Positions 54,961 through 63,929 of a stretch of DNA of 64,000 nt are shown here, one piece after another; position 1 is the first letter of the stretch, and each line of letters starts with the position of its first letter. Made by a program: the position numbers and the translations under genes. This DNA comes from a virus: the IMG/VR virus record IMGVR_UViG_3300020190_000042, positions 1-64,000 of that record. One strand, written 5' to 3'. The notes under the pieces were generated by a model. The model was not told the DNA's origin, made no database searches, and saw only the letters and a program-made list of their open reading frames with translations.

Positions 54961-55872
54961 TCAGGCGTTGTCCATGAACAGAAGCTTGCCACGGAAGGCG
55001 TCAGGGCTCATCTGAGACAGATAGCGCCAAGCCTGCTCGGGGCTACGGTTCATAGCTTCGCTAAAACCGTTCCACTGAGAATCGGAATCCACGTTGGGAG
55101 CGCCGGCCATAGCCGAAGCAGGAACAGCAGGCAGCTGATCGTAACGAGGCTGATAATTCTGGGTATCAGCTTCGGTGTCCACCGGGTAAACCTCAGTAAA
55201 GAAGCGGTTGGTGTAGTCAGCTAACTGATCGGGATCGGTCAGGATATGCTCCATAGCCATCCCACGAGCAGCGATGTTCTCCAGAACACCGTGTTGTTCG
55301 ATCAGGGCATCCTCAAGCACGGTGGCATACTGATTCAGAATGCCAGGAGCTTCGATACCGAAGTGATTAACGACGGCGGCGGTTGCCTCGCTTAGGGCCG
55401 GAGCTTGTTGCTGCTCCGTAGAAGTCGGATAAGAAGTCTGGGTTGTAGAGTCGCTGCTGTACGAGGTCGGCTGAGCCGTAGGCGCTTGGTAAAGATACGG
55501 TTGGGCCTGTAAACTCTGACTGTACAGTTGAGTATCCTGCGGCGCCGTCTGGTACTGCGGATACTGTGCTGTCTGGCTGGGGGACGGGGAGAGGCGCGAA
55601 ACCACCCGCTCCAGGCTGCCCATTGCCGCCTCCCAGGGGTTGGACGGGGAGGACGTTGACGGAGACTGGCTGAACTGGCTGTTGGTAGAAGGGACCGTAG
55701 CCGGTGCCACCTGCAACGGCGCTTGCGGCATAGTTGCCGAAGGTGCCGCCTGGGTAGTTGCTACCCACTGGGGGTAGGCTGTAGAGCCCTGGTCCGCCGA
55801 GGGCGCCGCCTGCGGGGCTGCTACCGCCGGGGAGACCGGGCTCGGGATCGAAGCTTGGATCTGCTGGCTCAT
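54961..55872 (-). CDS. Probable capsid scaffolding protein
   Basis: Disordered S/P/Q/T/A N-half and acidic helical C-half; lies between portal and MCP. Confidence 0.65.
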   Translation of the reverse strand: MSQQIQASIPSPVSPAVAAPQAAPSADQGSTAYPQWVATTQAAPSATMPQAPLQVAPATVPSTNSQFSQSPSTSSPSNPWEAAMGSLERVVSRLSPSPSQTAQYPQYQTAPQDTQLYSQSLQAQPYLYQAPTAQPTSYSSDSTTQTSYPTSTEQQQAPALSEATAAVVNHFGIEAPGILNQYATVLEDALIEQHGVLENIAARGMAMEHILTDPDQLADYTNRFFTEVYPVDTEADTQNYQPRYDQLPAVPASAMAGAPNVDSDSQWNGFSEAMNRSPEQAWRYLSQMSPDAFRGKLLFMDNA

Positions 55873-57601
55873 AGCTGCCCGAGTAAGTCAGTTCTTGCGC
55901 AAGGTGGTCAAACGTCCTATAGAGCAAGGGCGTTATGTTTAGCCGAGGATCAGCCGCAAGCGGTTGATTCGGCGCAAGTGGATGTGGCGCTTGCAACATC
56001 TGATTTAATAATACTAGAAATTGTTGAAACGCGCCTTGTGTTTGTTGAATCATTCGGAAGGGAAATCCCTTCAACATTTCGGCTCGTTCAGAATCGGTTT
56101 TATCGGGGAAGAGATACTTAAGAGCTTCGACGCTATCCACGCCGAGTTCTTGTAAGTTCCGAACGACGATAGATTTTTGGTTTACGTCATACGCCGTATC
56201 TTCGTAAACGTCTCCTTGGAAGCGATACGAAACGTCGCGATCACCGTTAGGCGGTAAACCAAAAACACCCCGTGGGACCTTATTTTCTTGTAACGCAACC
56301 TGCATCGCAGCAGTTACGTCACTTTCGTACTTGGCTAGCTTTTTCTGATAACGAGCTAAGGCTTCTTCCGTTTGTTCCTTAGGTTCTTTAGGGGGCTCAA
56401 GCCCCATAACCTGAATGAAGCTTTCGCGGAAAACTTGCTCTTGATGATAGAGAATCATCTCAAGCAAACGACAGAAACCGTAGGTCAAGAAGCTCTTGTT
56501 CTTGCGCAGAGCCGTGGCCTGAGCCCGACCCATAAGACCTTTGATTTCGGTTGCGGTAGCGCCGGCAGAAATAGATATTTCGTCAACGCCGCCCAAAGCT
56601 GTACGAATTTCTTCCCGCAGTAACAAAGCGTAACGGTTCATATCCCCGTTAACCGGGTCGGGCGTCATATAGCCCACGCGGTCAGACGGTTCGACGTTGG
56701 CAATAACCCGAGGAACTCTCAGGCCGCCAAGCATCGCAGATGAACCAAACGGTTCCGACACTCGGGTCGACGGAGTATCGCGTCCGGCAAAACCGCTTTG
56801 ACTACTAATAGTCGGACGGAATGTACGATCCGCATCCGAAGCTTCGACCAGATCGCTTCGAGGACGCGAACTGATCAGCGTGGGATTACCAAAGAACTCA
56901 ATATTCTTAGCGATATTTTTCATCATGCTGTCGTGCAGCACGATTTGCTCCATGAAGGGCTCAAACTCGCCTTCGCCCTCAGTACCGCTGCTATTGGGTT
57001 TGTTTAAAACCTCAACCGCAGGAATAAAACCTAATTCATTAACGCGACTGTTCCTAGGAGTCAGAACAGTGCCGGGTTCTAACTCAAAACTAAGTTCACT
57101 ATTAGATTCAAATTCATTGATTTTGTCTGCAGTTATAGAAATGCGGACGTAGCGCTTATTTTGTCCGTAGGTATCCGCAGGCAAACCTAAAGTCGAATTT
57201 CGGACTTTATAGCTATATAAAATGACGACTTCTTCGATTTCACCGTTGATATCGTGATAAACCCGGTATTGATTTTTCGCAAAGAAATAAATTTGATACT
57301 TCAGCTTCTGATCCGGACGAAAATAGAACAGCCCACACCCATCGATCAAAAAATTACGGATAATCGCTGGAAAGCGAATATCCATCCGGTTGAGACTAAT
57401 TAAAGAGTCAATAAATTTGCTTCTTGACTTATAAGTATCCTGCTCACAGTAAAAAAACAGCCCTTTTTTGATCATAAGCAGCGTCATCTGCTGCAAATGA
57501 CTCAAAACGACCATCGTGGCAGATTGCTTACTGCGATCCTGCGTCCGAGAAGCTTCGAGAATCTCGTTAAAACGCTGACGAACGCCTAATGAATCTGCCA
57601 T
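55367..57601 (-). CDS. Probable portal protein with a long C-terminal extension
   Basis: Size and position; GFIPAVEVLN...GEGEFEP and REEIRTALG...ATATEI portal-like segments. Confidence 0.75.
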   Translation of the reverse strand: MADSLGVRQRFNEILEASRTQDRSKQSATMVVLSHLQQMTLLMIKKGLFFYCEQDTYKSRSKFIDSLISLNRMDIRFPAIIRNFLIDGCGLFYFRPDQKLKYQIYFFAKNQYRVYHDINGEIEEVVILYSYKVRNSTLGLPADTYGQNKRYVRISITADKINEFESNSELSFELEPGTVLTPRNSRVNELGFIPAVEVLNKPNSSGTEGEGEFEPFMEQIVLHDSMMKNIAKNIEFFGNPTLISSRPRSDLVEASDADRTFRPTISSQSGFAGRDTPSTRVSEPFGSSAMLGGLRVPRVIANVEPSDRVGYMTPDPVNGDMNRYALLLREEIRTALGGVDEISISAGATATEIKGLMGRAQATALRKNKSFLTYGFCRLLEMILYHQEQVFRESFIQVMGLEPPKEPKEQTEEALARYQKKLAKYESDVTAAMQVALQENKVPRGVFGLPPNGDRDVSYRFQGDVYEDTAYDVNQKSIVVRNLQELGVDSVEALKYLFPDKTDSERAEMLKGFPFRMIQQTQGAFQQFLVLLNQMLQAPHPLAPNQPLAADPRLNITPLLYRTFDHLAQELTYSGSYEPADPSFDPEPGLPGGSSPAGGALGGPGLYSLPPVGSNYPGGTFGNYAASAVAGGTGYGPFYQQPVQPVSVNVLPVQPLGGGNGQPGAGGFAPLPVPQPDSTVSAVPDGAAGYSTVQSEFTGPTVSLPSAYGSADLVQQRLYNPDFLSDFYGAATSSGPKRGNRRRR

Positions 57602-57632
57602 GGCCTTATTCTCCGATTTTTAAGGCCGAAAA

Positions 57633-57806
57633 TCAAGCTTCGGCGCCTTTCTCTTCAGCTTTACGCTTCATTTTGGCTTTCTGAGCCTTCCGAAGCGCTT
57701 CTTTGCGCTTCATTTTGGAGTGCTCTTCCGATTTCTCACCGTGCTCGCCGCCTTTTTCCTTCGATTCAAAGTGCTTCCGGAGCGCTTCGGGCATTTTCTC
57801 AGCCAT
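57633..57806 (-). CDS. Small highly charged protein
   Basis: MAEKMPEALRKHF...; K/E-rich. Confidence 0.65.
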   Translation of the reverse strand: MAEKMPEALRKHFESKEKGGEHGEKSEEHSKMKRKEALRKAQKAKMKRKAEEKGAEA

Positions 57807-58641
57807 TTGGTAAAAGATACTGGCGGACTCTCTCAAGTTTAAACAATTCTGACGGCAAAAGCTCATGCGGATAAGCTTCTAGGATGTGATCGCAGCGCCC
57901 CAGAGGGTCTGTACCGCCAGCTTTTGCTTTGTAGTTGTCTAAATGCGACAACATTTCGTCACTGTTAGCCGGAGCCACGGAGTTCGGGATGTCGTCGAAG
58001 CAATGGGAGAAGGAAGTGACTTTGCGCTTCATCCGATCCGCATCGCCCATCCAAGAAAAATGCCAACCAGCGTCGCAATCGCCCACAACGAGATCGTTGG
58101 GGTTCATCCGAATTTGAGAAGGAGTCTGCTCTAGATGCTCATAGAGCACAACGGTGCCGCAGGTCCAGTTATTGGGAGCCTTGGAGTTATCGCCATGAGG
58201 ATCTTTCACACGCAGATCAGCGCGCCCGTAAAACATCGGCATTGACAGACGAACGCAGCGCGACGCGTCGGCTTTAGCGATTTCCACAGCCTCAAGGAGT
58301 TTCTCCGGCTTGGGAATTTCGTCTACGTCGCTGAAGAAAAATACAGAGTCCGGGGGACACATCCGCATACCGACTCCAAGTGCGTCCCGTTGGGCGTATT
58401 CCCGAGACCAGGGAATAGAGCATTCTTCAGGCGTGGGCAGCTCGACGTGCAGTACCTGAAGCTTTTCCTCAGGCAATCCGAGTTCACGGATGGTGTCTAC
58501 GCAAGTAAACGGTTTAGGGTCTCCACGGAACGTGCGGTTCCCATCGGTGATAATGAAACCGTCAACGACATCTTTAAGAATGTTGTAACGGAGCTCTAAG
58601 AGCTCCTTTTCGTCAAAATATAAAAAGCAATCAAACAGCAT
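57799..58641 (-). CDS. Glycosyltransferase family 17 (MGAT3-like)
   Basis: DCFLYFDEKELLELR...TFRGDPKP...WSREYAQRD...SDVDEIP...GWHFSW. Confidence 0.88.
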   Translation of the reverse strand: MLFDCFLYFDEKELLELRYNILKDVVDGFIITDGNRTFRGDPKPFTCVDTIRELGLPEEKLQVLHVELPTPEECSIPWSREYAQRDALGVGMRMCPPDSVFFFSDVDEIPKPEKLLEAVEIAKADASRCVRLSMPMFYGRADLRVKDPHGDNSKAPNNWTCGTVVLYEHLEQTPSQIRMNPNDLVVGDCDAGWHFSWMGDADRMKRKVTSFSHCFDDIPNSVAPANSDEMLSHLDNYKAKAGGTDPLGRCDHILEAYPHELLPSELFKLERVRQYLLPNG

Positions 58642-58666
58642 CTGGAGCTAAAAAGCTGCCAGTATG

Positions 58667-58993
58667 CTAACTCTTAATGGCGGTGTTGTAACCCCCACCC
58701 GCGCGAATCACTAAAGAGCCGTTCGAAGGGCGGCGACGCTCACGAGCAGCGCTCAAAAGATCTTGCTTAAGGCTTTCTAAGTCAGGTGCAGGTCCCTGAT
58801 CCTCACCATAAGGACCAGACTTAGGGGGAACAGCACCCTGCATGTACGAAGCATCGTACCCGGCGTCGTAGCGAGTATCATCCATACCCGTGCCTTGGAT
58901 ACGCTCCTGCATCTGCGAAGCGCGCTCCATATCGTTAAAAGCAGCGCCGAAAAATTCGCTTGCTCGACCGAAGGGGCTAGATGGGCGCATCAT
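58667..58993 (-). CDS. Hypothetical protein
   Basis: 108 aa. Confidence 0.65.
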   Translation of the reverse strand: MMRPSSPFGRASEFFGAAFNDMERASQMQERIQGTGMDDTRYDAGYDASYMQGAVPPKSGPYGEDQGPAPDLESLKQDLLSAARERRRPSNGSLVIRAGGGYNTAIKS

Positions 58994-59205
58994 GAGCTTT
59001 TACGTTTAATATACTCGGAAGCTTTACGTCTAGCTTCCCGAGCTTTTTCAGTATTAGGAACCTGAGTATTAACAGGTTTATCTCCACGCGTGGCAGCTTT
59101 TTTACGCTCGTCGGTAGCGCGACGTTCCTCTGGACTTAAAGCTGCCCAAGCTGCCCGAGGAAGATAACGTTCAGTTCTTCCTTTTTCACGAGCTATGTCA
59201 GCCAT
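58990..59205 (-). CDS. Basic protein, C-terminal half of a DUF5872-like domain
   Basis: ERYLPRAAWAALSPEERRATDERKK...QVPNT. Confidence 0.6.
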   Translation of the reverse strand: MADIAREKGRTERYLPRAAWAALSPEERRATDERKKAATRGDKPVNTQVPNTEKAREARRKASEYIKRKSS

Positions 59206-59419
59206 AAAGATTGCCCGCCATTAGGGCTCTATCCGTTAAAGCTTTAGCTAACAAAGCATCTTTCGTGTAATCAACTAAACCGCTCATAATCGAAGTTTGA
59301 GTCGGTGTTGTAGCTGAGCTCAACCACGAAGCAAAATCTTTGGCTTCAGGAAGAGCTCGTTCCCGAAATGTTGAGCCTCCGCTTAAAGCGGTAATTAAAT
59401 CCGACGCCGAATAGTTCAT
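59198..59419 (-). CDS. Hypothetical protein
   Basis: 73 aa, coupled on both sides. Confidence 0.65.
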   Translation of the reverse strand: MNYSASDLITALSGGSTFRERALPEAKDFASWLSSATTPTQTSIMSGLVDYTKDALLAKALTDRALMAGNLYG

Positions 59420-59649
59420 TTTTTATCTTTCGATTTTTCGTACTCTTCGCGAGTTTGCCAATCTTCCTTACCCCAACGGGTAAGACGGTTCTCCGAAGAT
59501 TTTTTACCTTCGTAAGATCCACCCATTTCTTTATAGTACTTAGTCGCTAGCTGCATCGCACGAGCGCTGTGGCCACCGAGTTTTTTGCGGGCTTTTGCTT
59601 TAGCGCGAGCCCATTTCTCAGGGTCTCTTTTTTTAGCAATCTCAGCCAT
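59416..59649 (-). CDS. Basic protein, N-terminal half of a DUF5872-like domain
   Basis: SARAMQLATKYYKEMGGSYEG...LTRWGKEDWQT. Confidence 0.65.
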   Translation of the reverse strand: MAEIAKKRDPEKWARAKAKARKKLGGHSARAMQLATKYYKEMGGSYEGKKSSENRLTRWGKEDWQTREEYEKSKDKK

Positions 59650-59651
59650 GA

Positions 59652-59936
59652 TTAGTACAGTACGTAGCAGTGATCAATAGTCGAGGTGCCACTAATTTGA
59701 GTAATCGATATTGGCAACAAAACGTCCGTACGGATGTGGTTAAATGTAATAGGCGATTTAGAGTCCGCCAATAACACAACTAAAGTTTTGTCCGTGTTCT
59801 TGTTTGCATTCTCAACATAAACTGCACGACAAGCAGCAAAGTTGACGTTAGCTCCCGATGCGTTTACAAGGAAACCACTGGTATAAGGCAGCGAAGCTGT
59901 CTGCCCGTAAACACCCCCAAACGCTCTAACGTCCAT
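59652..59936 (-). CDS. Small beta-rich virion (decoration-like) protein
   Basis: ACRAVYV...ITF...LLPISITQI; 3 SG. Confidence 0.65.
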   Translation of the reverse strand: MDVRAFGGVYGQTASLPYTSGFLVNASGANVNFAACRAVYVENANKNTDKTLVVLLADSKSPITFNHIRTDVLLPISITQISGTSTIDHCYVLY

Positions 59937-59938
59937 AT

Positions 59939-60244
59939 TTAATCCAGTGTCTCTATCAGTTTAACCAAATATTCGACAGCTTTTTCCAAATCTTGTTTTC
60001 CGTTTTTTTCTTCCCACCGCCATAGATATTTTTGCGCACAGCCCTCTAGGTAACCTTGGTATTTAACCAAACCCATAGATGCGTTCTGTGCATCATAACA
60101 TTCCAGACCTCCTTTTTTGTAATAAGAAGGGCGGACTGCAGGATCCTCACTCCGCAACGTTAAACCACCAAATTGTGGCTCCGCGCTGCTCCAAAAATCG
60201 TCGAAGTCTGTAGGCGTCGCGTCGGTGTAGGGTTTGTCGCTCAT
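59939..60244 (-). CDS. DUF3310 / SaV-like protein
   Basis: PSYYKKGGLECYDA...KYLWRWEEKNGKQDLEKA. Confidence 0.8.
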   Translation of the reverse strand: MSDKPYTDATPTDFDDFWSSAEPQFGGLTLRSEDPAVRPSYYKKGGLECYDAQNASMGLVKYQGYLEGCAQKYLWRWEEKNGKQDLEKAVEYLVKLIETLD

Positions 60245-60305
60245 TTTTACCTTCAAAGTAGTAGCAGATGTGGACATACTCCGCACCGCGTGGGACCAAT
60301 CTAGG

Positions 60306-61178
60306 CTACAAAATAAGCATCTCCTCTATACATAGTAAATCTTTTTCGCGTTCTTTAAACTGTCTTGAGTATTTGTCATCGTCATGACAAATCAACCCAC
60401 ACTCTAGAATGCAATAACTGTCTTTACGTTTTACAACAGGCACACAACGTCTGTGCTCAAAGTTTATCGGTAAATATTCAAACGCTAATCCCATCGAACT
60501 ACGGTCCGCAATTGGCCAATTTCTAATGCCCGTTTTGGCGTAACTTTTTTGAGGATCAAAGCTATCGGAGCGAATATATAGTTCTCCGTCTTGCTGATCT
60601 AAGATCATCCCGCAGTAATAAGGACTGCCTAATTGAATAAAGAAATCAATCTCATGATCAACAACAAGAATTTTTGGAACCGTGAATCCAATATTGTGCC
60701 AGACATTAGGAGTTTCTTTGGTTAAAAGCCATTTTTCATAGTTACCAATCGGGATTCGTTTCCCTTCAAAATTTTCATAAAGGGCAAACCCAGGCTCTAA
60801 CCCATATCGGTTTAATACTGGTTTCCATTTTCTGTAATAGTCAAAATTATCTTTCCGAATTAAAACGTCATTTTCTTGATAAATGTAATAGTCCGCCGCG
60901 CGGTTCAAAATCGCTAAAGCTAAATCAGTTTTGTGTGCCCAGGTCAGATACCAACCCTCATACTCTGGACCGGCAACTTTAACCTCGACAGTAATATTTT
61001 TAAATTGCTCAAACAGCGTATCTAATGTCTCAATATTATCCTGAGCTTCATAATTTATATAAATATGTATATGAACGTCCTGTTTAAATTTATCGTACTC
61101 TGTTAAAACATTTAAAAGCGGGTTAATCCGCTCCAACGGATTGTGAGCCGTAATCGCAACCCAGATTTTCTTAGTCAT
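60306..61178 (-). CDS. Putative GT-A fold glycosyltransferase-like protein
   Basis: N-terminal Rossmann-like IWVAITAH; LTWAHK...DYYIYQENDVLI (DxD-like); late H (ICHDD). Confidence 0.5.
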   Translation of the reverse strand: MTKKIWVAITAHNPLERINPLLNVLTEYDKFKQDVHIHIYINYEAQDNIETLDTLFEQFKNITVEVKVAGPEYEGWYLTWAHKTDLALAILNRAADYYIYQENDVLIRKDNFDYYRKWKPVLNRYGLEPGFALYENFEGKRIPIGNYEKWLLTKETPNVWHNIGFTVPKILVVDHEIDFFIQLGSPYYCGMILDQQDGELYIRSDSFDPQKSYAKTGIRNWPIADRSSMGLAFEYLPINFEHRRCVPVVKRKDSYCILECGLICHDDDKYSRQFKEREKDLLCIEEMLIL

Positions 61179-61179
61179 G

Positions 61180-62700
61180 TCAGTATTCAATGCTGAAGTT
61201 GCCTCGACGCTGTAAATACTGGATCAACCACGTGTAGGCGTCTAGCAGGTCGTCATGAGCTGTTGCGCCGACGTTGATCAACTGATCGAACAAAGCGTCG
61301 AATTTTCGGTATTTATTGAACACAATTTTCTTGTTTTCTAGCAAACCTAAAGTTCCGCGAAAACGAGCGATCTTGTCCCCTCTAAAACCTTTAACTTCAT
61401 GAATATTTAAGTTACCTAAGCCGCGCTCATTTATCAGCACTCGTCGAAGATCTGCCGCGAGAGATGCTTGATACGCCACGGATTCCACAACCAGCGTCAC
61501 CGTGGAATAAGTCGGCATAAACTGATTGTCGTGCTGAGTGAGGATACCCCACTCCAAGAGCATGTCGCAGAGTAAATCAATTTTCTCCAGGTTTCCGATT
61601 GAGCGGCATTGGTGAGCGTCAATGATGTAGTATTTATCGCCTAAACGACCACCAAGAACAAAAGCTGTGTAATCGCTCGTTTCGTTTTTGCTAGCCGAAA
61701 GGTCAATACCGACTGCAAGTGAATCAAACTCGGTAACAACTTCCCCTTTAACTAATAGATCTGGTGAAACAACCAGATCGGAAGTCATCACAGGTTGTTG
61801 CTGATACTGGAACGCAAACGCCACGGGGTCCAGTTCTTTCTGGGTTAATAAATACTGCGACGACCACTGCTCCGGCCAATAGCTCACGGGTCCTCCATTG
61901 TTGTCGTATGTAATAGCCTCTTGGGTCACCTGTTTCCACCCTTTCTCAGGCACAAACATTGTCTTGTGGATGTCTAACGGGTGGAATCGAGTTCCTAGGC
62001 AGATTGATCGGCCACCTTCAAACACAATCGGCGCAATAACAGAAGACCAGTTGGTATTCATCTCGTCTCGAATCGCTGGGTTTTTAATATCTGCGCTGGA
62101 TTTAATAGGGTCATCAACGACAACTAAGTGTGCGCGCTTAGACGTAATAGAACCACGCAGGCCCGCAGCACGCAGCGTAAACTCTTCGTCGCCAAGCCTG
62201 GGAATACCGGCGTAATCAAAATCAATCGACCAGCCGATGTCCGATTGCATCCCGGACTTCAACTGCACCCGGGGAAAAACTTTTCTAAATTCTGGAGAAT
62301 CAATGAGCTGACGGATGATTCGGCTCTTAGGAATGGCCGTGGCGATGTTGTACGAAACATAAATAATCTGTAACGGCATCTTCGCCGTCGTGTGTTTTCC
62401 AATAATCCACGCGGTAAACATGTTGAGGCAGGTGCTCTTGGCGCTACCCCGTGGAGCCAAAATGTCTAAATTTGGTCCAGCAATATCAAGTAGATACTTA
62501 TTGGACTCACCAGTGATCAGGTGCCGATGCCATTCCAGCATGTGTTTTGCCGGAGGTTTATCGAGAAGCGTACAGAACGTATGAAAGTCATCTGCTGCTT
62601 TTTTGTATATCGTGTCGACGCCAGATCCAGTGTCCTCACTAGCACGTAGTGCACGCATTTGTGCTGCACGACGATACGCGGATGTTTCCCGGCTAGGCAT
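61180..62700 (-). CDS. terL: Terminase large subunit
   Basis: Walker A APRGSAKST, Walker B VVVDDP, GTRFHPLD, nuclease GIDLS...SDYTA...HDDLLDA. Confidence 0.93.
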   Translation of the reverse strand: MPSRETSAYRRAAQMRALRASEDTGSGVDTIYKKAADDFHTFCTLLDKPPAKHMLEWHRHLITGESNKYLLDIAGPNLDILAPRGSAKSTCLNMFTAWIIGKHTTAKMPLQIIYVSYNIATAIPKSRIIRQLIDSPEFRKVFPRVQLKSGMQSDIGWSIDFDYAGIPRLGDEEFTLRAAGLRGSITSKRAHLVVVDDPIKSSADIKNPAIRDEMNTNWSSVIAPIVFEGGRSICLGTRFHPLDIHKTMFVPEKGWKQVTQEAITYDNNGGPVSYWPEQWSSQYLLTQKELDPVAFAFQYQQQPVMTSDLVVSPDLLVKGEVVTEFDSLAVGIDLSASKNETSDYTAFVLGGRLGDKYYIIDAHQCRSIGNLEKIDLLCDMLLEWGILTQHDNQFMPTYSTVTLVVESVAYQASLAADLRRVLINERGLGNLNIHEVKGFRGDKIARFRGTLGLLENKKIVFNKYRKFDALFDQLINVGATAHDDLLDAYTWLIQYLQRRGNFSIEY

Positions 62701-62753
62701 ATCACTAAGTTGACACTATCGCTATATTACTCGTATCTGAACACCTTTCAGGA

Positions 62754-63926
62754 ATGGCCAAAATTCTTTGGTACGGTGATGCTTGCTGTAATACAGGGTT
62801 TGCCCGAGTAACACACAGTGTATTAGAGCAGCTGCAAAAAGAGCACGAGATCTATGTGCTCGCAATCAATTATTCTGGCGATCCTCATAACTACCCCTAT
62901 ACCGTTTACCCCGCGTCGAACGTCAACTGCGGAGACCGGTTTGGTATTCCACGGATTCCGGAAATTTTAGAAAAAGTAAAACCAGATATTTTTATCTGCC
63001 TACAAGATATTTGGGTTTGCAATCAGGTATGGGAGCGCTGCCAATTCCTTAAAGATTCCTTGAAATTTAAATTTATCTGCTATTTCCCTATCGACAGCGA
63101 GTCCTACATGCCGGACATGCTGCGCAATATCCCTGAGTGGGACATGGCCATCACGTTTACCATTGAGTGCGCTCAGCGAATTTTAAAACACGATATTAAA
63201 CCTTCTCGTTTAGGTGTTCTTCCCCACGGGGTGGACATCGACAAATTTATGCCCGGCTCTCGATCAGAAGCACGTAAAGCTTTTGGGTTGCCCGAAGATA
63301 AATTTATCGTTCTTAACGCCAATAGAAATCAGCCTCGTAAGCGCATTGATCTAACGATTAAAGCGTTCGCAAAATTTGCGGTCAATAAACCCGACACCAT
63401 GCTGTACCTCCACATGGGGGCCAAGGATATGGGATGGGACGTTATTCCGCTCTTTAAATACGAAATGCAAAAGCTGGGACTTGACGGAACCAACCGTCTG
63501 ATCCTGACTTCGAACCAAATAAATTACTTAGACGCGCCGTCAGATGCCATGCTTAACCAGATTTACAACTGTTGTGACGTAGGTATAAATACAGCAGATG
63601 GTGAAGGCTGGGGTCTTGTTCCCTTCGAACACGCAAGCTGCAAAAAACCTCAGGTCGTACCCAACCACACGGCGTGTAGTGATATTTGGGAAGGCGCTGC
63701 TCAGCTTGTGGACATCGCTACGTGGTACGTCGATAAAGATCTCGGCGTGGAGCGCGGCCTAATTGACGTAAACGATGCTGTTAAGAAATTAGACGAGCTC
63801 TATTACGACAAAAATATTTACGACGAAGTAGCCGAAGCATGTTACACCGTAACCCGCCGTCCGGAATACCGCTGGCAAAGCGTAGCCGCTGGATTCTCTC
63901 ACGCTATTAAAGACCTCACCGCTTGA
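62754..63926 (+). CDS. Glycosyltransferase family 4 (GT-B)
   Basis: TGFARV, PHGVD, NRNQPRKRID, EGWGLVPFEHASC. Confidence 0.92.
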   Translation: MAKILWYGDACCNTGFARVTHSVLEQLQKEHEIYVLAINYSGDPHNYPYTVYPASNVNCGDRFGIPRIPEILEKVKPDIFICLQDIWVCNQVWERCQFLKDSLKFKFICYFPIDSESYMPDMLRNIPEWDMAITFTIECAQRILKHDIKPSRLGVLPHGVDIDKFMPGSRSEARKAFGLPEDKFIVLNANRNQPRKRIDLTIKAFAKFAVNKPDTMLYLHMGAKDMGWDVIPLFKYEMQKLGLDGTNRLILTSNQINYLDAPSDAMLNQIYNCCDVGINTADGEGWGLVPFEHASCKKPQVVPNHTACSDIWEGAAQLVDIATWYVDKDLGVERGLIDVNDAVKKLDELYYDKNIYDEVAEACYTVTRRPEYRWQSVAAGFSHAIKDLTA

Positions 63927-63929
63927 TCC

